Position numbers and translations under genes: made by a program. A stretch of 37,781 bases of DNA. Source: a virus. Its lineage: Duplodnaviria; Caudoviricetes. Below are positions 35,201-37,781 of this stretch, piece by piece. The notes under the pieces were generated by a model that made no database searches, was not told the DNA's origin, and saw nothing but the letters and a program-made list of their open reading frames with translations. The stretch lies in IMG/VR virus record IMGVR_UViG_3300002986_000087, positions 1 through 37,781 of that record. One strand, given 5' to 3'. How positions within the stretch are numbered: position 1 is the stretch's first letter; each line of letters starts with the position of its first letter.

Positions 35201-36182
35201 GAGCCAGTAATGTTTTGGCGTTGGCAATACTGGCTTTCAGTCCTGCACTGTCCGGATCGTACATCATTACCACGGTATTGGTAAATCGTTTCAACAGTCG
35301 TGCCTGTGCATCGGTAAGCGCGGTTCCTGATCCGGCAATGACGTTGCGTACTCCACGCTGTGCAACCGATACCACATCAAACTGACCTTCGAGCAAATAA
35401 ACCTTATTCATTTTTGAAATGGATTCCTTTGCCTGGAACAATCCAAAAAGTACCTGACCTTTATTAAATACCAATGTATCACCTGAATTCAGGTATTTGG
35501 CAGCTTTGGCCGTATTATCTGTTATTCTTCCGGTGAATCCTACCGGCCGGCCGTAATTGTCCAGGTATGGAAATGTGATACGTTGACGAAATACATCGTA
35601 CTGGAATTTCTTTTCGTCTGATATGGCCGACATTCCTGAAGCGAGTAACAGATCCATGCTGAAACTCCTTTTTGGAAATTCGCGGGTTATTTGATTATCT
35701 GTCAGTGCATACCCGATTTGATACAGTTTGCGGGTTTCGTCACTGATCTGTCGTTCGGTACGTACATAGTCATCAGCGGCCTTAAATGCAGTTAGGTTCG
35801 TTGCAAATTGGGTATTGCTTTCCTGCAGTACCAGGTATATTGATTCGCGTTGCTTTTCTTTGGCAATTTCTTCTGCAGTCTGAGGTATAACCGGTAATTC
35901 GATATGATATTGATTGGCCAGTGACTTAACGGCTTCTACATACGAAAGATGTTCATTCTCCTTTACAAAGTTTATCACGTCACCATGAGCACCACAGGCA
36001 AAGCACGTATATATTCCCTTCTGTGGCGAAACGGTGAGGGATGGCGCCTTATCGCTGTGAAACGGACAGATACCAATGTGATTCCTACCGTGTTTTTTGA
36101 GAGTTATTGAGCGGCCAATTACTTCAACGATATCGGCACGGTCTTTAACTTTATTTTTTATATCTTCTGATATTTGTGTCAT
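32223..36182 (-). CDS. DnaG-type primase fused to a P-loop helicase
   Basis: CHC2 zinc finger (CPFH...CFAC), KYLNS, TOPRIM (EGQFD, DPDSAG, KDPD), C-terminal Walker A GPTSSGKS and Walker B-like VVMEE, and an acidic DIPF tail. Confidence 0.92.
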   Translation of the reverse strand: MTQISEDIKNKVKDRADIVEVIGRSITLKKHGRNHIGICPFHSDKAPSLTVSPQKGIYTCFACGAHGDVINFVKENEHLSYVEAVKSLANQYHIELPVIPQTAEEIAKEKQRESIYLVLQESNTQFATNLTAFKAADDYVRTERQISDETRKLYQIGYALTDNQITREFPKRSFSMDLLLASGMSAISDEKKFQYDVFRQRITFPYLDNYGRPVGFTGRITDNTAKAAKYLNSGDTLVFNKGQVLFGLFQAKESISKMNKVYLLEGQFDVVSVAQRGVRNVIAGSGTALTDAQARLLKRFTNTVVMMYDPDSAGLKASIANAKTLLAHGFDVKAILLPDGKDPDDFAKATIDQDLNILLTNRELDFIEYFFEAKKVASASDFENTQLLDLICECISVVPDKYLRDKYAGRLATTFETTPLIIKERIKPTKELKVDKWKHGFYGIEDALELMESDDDQECSIVFDQKDFINDFSETPMVLVVGTPTLIDVQSLRSKISKLTVKEFKGLAPNEDCGDTKPLVILKNMHKNGFDISVDYIIKDVQTLKSFCDYYTDQYSSILADTFDGSKKGEIIGRCAEVISDIEATVRVVMIDEYAKKLGLKVTALDKVLKPFLAKRKDKTLLDNQRLGAMNDALNVDAEIVPDYVQNDKVLSYNCTRWGFYPLADKGGRFCSYMFRNNAGGSFSSVSDCYIKPLLHVYDNENDNANNKRVIQLCHLDPKLDRYVELKSNVFTLLAKMHETLVNEGSYNFWGNKEQFSRIWVTMSYGFRKCRAIRTFGQNPKGFFAFGNAIYHKVDNEYKIEPVDELGLVSHNEENYYSPVFSKIRISEEGENTTFNQARNLVYRDIPFEKQISFEDWSGLMNRVYNIGDNGKWAILFAITCAFRDYIFEMRRYFTALFFIGPTSSGKSQIAESIRNLYMVDTTPAFNLNIGSDAGFSMILESIRNVPVVMEEYNDRDISKSKFQGLKAATLDGEGRIKVKDVNSKQLDSSAINASIILLGQEAAQQDDGALSNRCIMCDVPHRAGGDFTDEDTEKFNLLKDHEKTGLSNILLQVLELRPLFEKKYLTILSEETKKLKDSVRISVTNTEGMTRIINACALMTSTCRLIEENAPHMKLPFSYLEFVPIAEKKVLNQLERISSTNKLSTYFQTISTLITHNKIKIGREIKINSSVRVTRMLSSKKMEEVDLPMDTKVLYVSFESVYSLYSSTIGRDESLSRQSLKSYFESNQAYIGLTNSCRFKWEEAEMDISGNDTTVAADGESVNVSNYARMKMKPKSSITSAYMFNYNILKSLIDIDFERNVEVNEKGEKVPEGNDIPF

Positions 36183-36192
36183 GATGTGTTTT

Positions 36193-36507
36193 TCAAGTAA
36201 ATTGATACGTTCTATTATTTCCAGTTCCGTATTTTTGAGGCTTAATTGTAGTTGTAAATGGAAAATCAGACTTATTTACTTTATCTAATGCATCTTTAAT
36301 TGGTTGCGCATTGGTAAAGAATTTACGTTCTATATTCTCATATTTTATTCTGACAACATACCTTCCTTCACCGAATTTTGTTTTCACATCTGGTGAAAAA
36401 TCAAGAACTTCTATTTCGCAATTTGTGACATCTGTGATTGATATTTGTTGTACCGGGAATATGTTTTTTTCATCAGGTTTTATTCCTAAATCAGAAAATT
36501 TCTTCAT
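36193..36507 (-). CDS. RT-coupled small beta-rich protein (candidate DGR accessory)
   Basis: 104 aa. Overlaps the RT 3' end by 17 nt. KFFTN and FPFTTTI motifs. Confidence 0.75.
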   Translation of the reverse strand: MKKFSDLGIKPDEKNIFPVQQISITDVTNCEIEVLDFSPDVKTKFGEGRYVVRIKYENIERKFFTNAQPIKDALDKVNKSDFPFTTTIKPQKYGTGNNRTYQFT

Positions 36508-37477
36508 GTTTAAGTATCTTTTTTTGTAAGTGTTTAGAATTACAATGTTTTGCCCATCCTAAGTGGGGTGCAATCTGCATTTTATATTGTTTTGGATCCA
36601 GTTCCTTCTTGTTTAGTTTTGCAGCTTTCCGACAGAACCGGACTTTAATTGATTTACGCATCAAGATATGCGTATGTCTAAATACATATCCAACGAAATC
36701 AATACCACGAACTTCAACTGGGAATATCTGATAATTTCCCTTTAATTGTAATTTTAATTGATTAGTCAGATAATAATCAATGTTACCCAATAAAGAATGC
36801 AAATAAGGCTTATCCGGTGCCAGTATTACAATATCATCTGCGTACCGGTAATAGCACTTCACTTTCTTTATTTCCTTCATATGGTGATCAAAATAACTTA
36901 AATAAAGATTAGCTAAAAATTGACTCAGATAATTACCGATCGGAACACCAGGCGCACTATCAATAATATCATCAAGCAGTTTTAAAAGTCGAATATCCTT
37001 TATCTTTTTTCTGATAATACACTTCAGTATTTCATGATCAATATTCGGGTAGAACTTCTTAATATCAAGTTTTAAACAATAGGTAGTATTTTCGATATCG
37101 GTTAAATCTCGTTTTAAATCATTTAAAACAGCATGAATACCTTTCCCTTTGATGCATGCATAACTGTGCGAAATGAAGACTGAAACCCATACAGGTTCTA
37201 AAATATTCATGATAGCATGATGTACTACCCGATCTCGAAACGGAAGTCTGAAAATTTCCCGTTCCTTTGGTTCGTAAATTTTAAAGACACTGTATTCAGA
37301 AGTCTTATAAATTCCGGATATCAATTCGTCGTACAATTGATTAATGTTTCGCTCAACATTTTTCTCGAAAATCTTCACCCCATATTGCCCGGATTTACCT
37401 TTCCGGGCTTTCTGGTATGCAAGAATTAAATTATCTTTTGTGACTACCTTGTCAAATAAATCAGTTATCCTTTTCAT
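36491..37477 (-). CDS. Reverse transcriptase, DGR type
   Basis: 328 aa from the ATG at 37477 (MKRITDLF). PFRDRVVHHA, KLDIKKFY, GVPIGNYLSQ, YYRYADD and IDFVGY motifs. No maturase or HNH extension. Confidence 0.95.
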   Translation of the reverse strand: MKRITDLFDKVVTKDNLILAYQKARKGKSGQYGVKIFEKNVERNINQLYDELISGIYKTSEYSVFKIYEPKEREIFRLPFRDRVVHHAIMNILEPVWVSVFISHSYACIKGKGIHAVLNDLKRDLTDIENTTYCLKLDIKKFYPNIDHEILKCIIRKKIKDIRLLKLLDDIIDSAPGVPIGNYLSQFLANLYLSYFDHHMKEIKKVKCYYRYADDIVILAPDKPYLHSLLGNIDYYLTNQLKLQLKGNYQIFPVEVRGIDFVGYVFRHTHILMRKSIKVRFCRKAAKLNKKELDPKQYKMQIAPHLGWAKHCNSKHLQKKILKHEEIF

Positions 37478-37575
37478 ATGCCTGGCTTTCAAAATTGGAA
37501 CTTTCTCGTTGGATACTAATACCAGTTGAAAGATTAGTCGTTTTTTACTAAGAAGTAAGGCCTTTGTCTTTTTAA
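37478..37575 (-). other. DGR spacer between TR and RT
   Basis: About 100 nt between the TR 3' end and the RT start. Position matches the spacer of DGR template RNAs. Confidence 0.5.
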
Positions 37576-37677
37576 TTACCAGTTGGGAACTGGAACCTGC
37601 ATTCGAATTCGTATTATCGTAATTCGTATTGTTCAAACCGAACGCTGAAGCAGAACCAGCGAAGACAAACAGCCCAT
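37576..37677 (-). repeat. DGR template repeat (TR)
   Basis: Minus strand ...TTG AAC AAT ACG AAT TAC GAT AAT ACG AAT TCG AAT GCA GGT TCC AGT TCC CAA CTG GTA A has six AAY codons. The 3' 25 nt match the VR. The 5' boundary is approximate. Confidence 0.88.
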
Positions 37678-37682
37678 AATTT

Positions 37683-37781
37683 TTATCCTATTTGAATCTC
37701 TTTCCAGACATCCTTAAACTGAGTGGCTGAATACTCTGCCGTTTCTTCGTCAAAATTTACCAGACGGGAACCGGAACCCGC
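37683..37781 (-). CDS. 3' end of DGR target gene (truncated by the window)
   Basis: Reads ...AGSGSRLVNFDEETAEYSATQFKDVWKEIQIG*. The first 25 nt are VR. Confidence 0.8.
   Translation of the reverse strand, partial: AGSGSRLVNFDEETAEYSATQFKDVWKEIQIG
37757..37781 (-). repeat. DGR variable repeat (VR), 3' part
   Basis: GCGGGTTCCGGTTCCCGTCTGGTAA versus TR GCAGGTTCCAGTTCCCAACTGGTAA: 21 of 25 identical, and all 4 mismatches are at TR adenines. Confidence 0.85.

Larger units (their letters stand above)
1..37781. mobile_element. Temperate tailed phage / prophage (Bacteroidota-type), incomplete at the right edge
   Basis: Integrase, terminase, portal, capsid, protease, tape measure, lysis and primase genes, plus TAnnTTTG promoter elements. 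No host housekeeping genes and no att site seen. Confidence 0.92.

Noticed and set aside
36491-37477. RT as group II intron, retron or Abi RT
   Set aside because: It is short, lacks maturase/HNH and retron VTG motifs, and has the DGR-type GNYLSQ plus an adjacent TR/VR pair.
1470-37529. Numerous short plus-strand ORFs in the track
   Set aside because: They lie antisense to long minus-strand genes and lack recognisable motifs, so they are treated as shadow ORFs.
37478-37636. 53-aa N-terminal extension of the RT in the ORF track (MNNTNYDNTNSN...)
   Set aside because: This is the TR and spacer read in frame. The RT-like sequence begins at MKR (37477).

Overview
Most of a temperate, long-tailed Bacteroidota-type (pro)phage. 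A tyrosine integrase (1..1206, +) converges on a minus-strand virion region: beta-helix tailspike, tail proteins, portal, lysis cassette, tape measure, terminase, major capsid protein and S49 protease. Next come an iteron-like origin, a 1319-aa primase-helicase and, at the right edge, a diversity-generating retroelement (DGR). The DGR comprises an RT, an AAY-rich template repeat, and the truncated 3' end of a target gene whose repeat differs from the template only at adenines. It sits in the replication module, has no visible avd, and has a small gene coupled to the RT. Non-coding signals stand out: three dispersed repeat families that fill gene junctions and bracket genes as inverted pairs, seven copies of a TGTCCTTT-N19/20-TAnnTTTG promoter-like motif, a c4-like antisense RNA switch and a candidate late sRNA. 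Accessory genes include a Tad2/DUF2829-like protein and two glycosyltransferase-like proteins. All family assignments are from motif recognition by eye; no searches were run.
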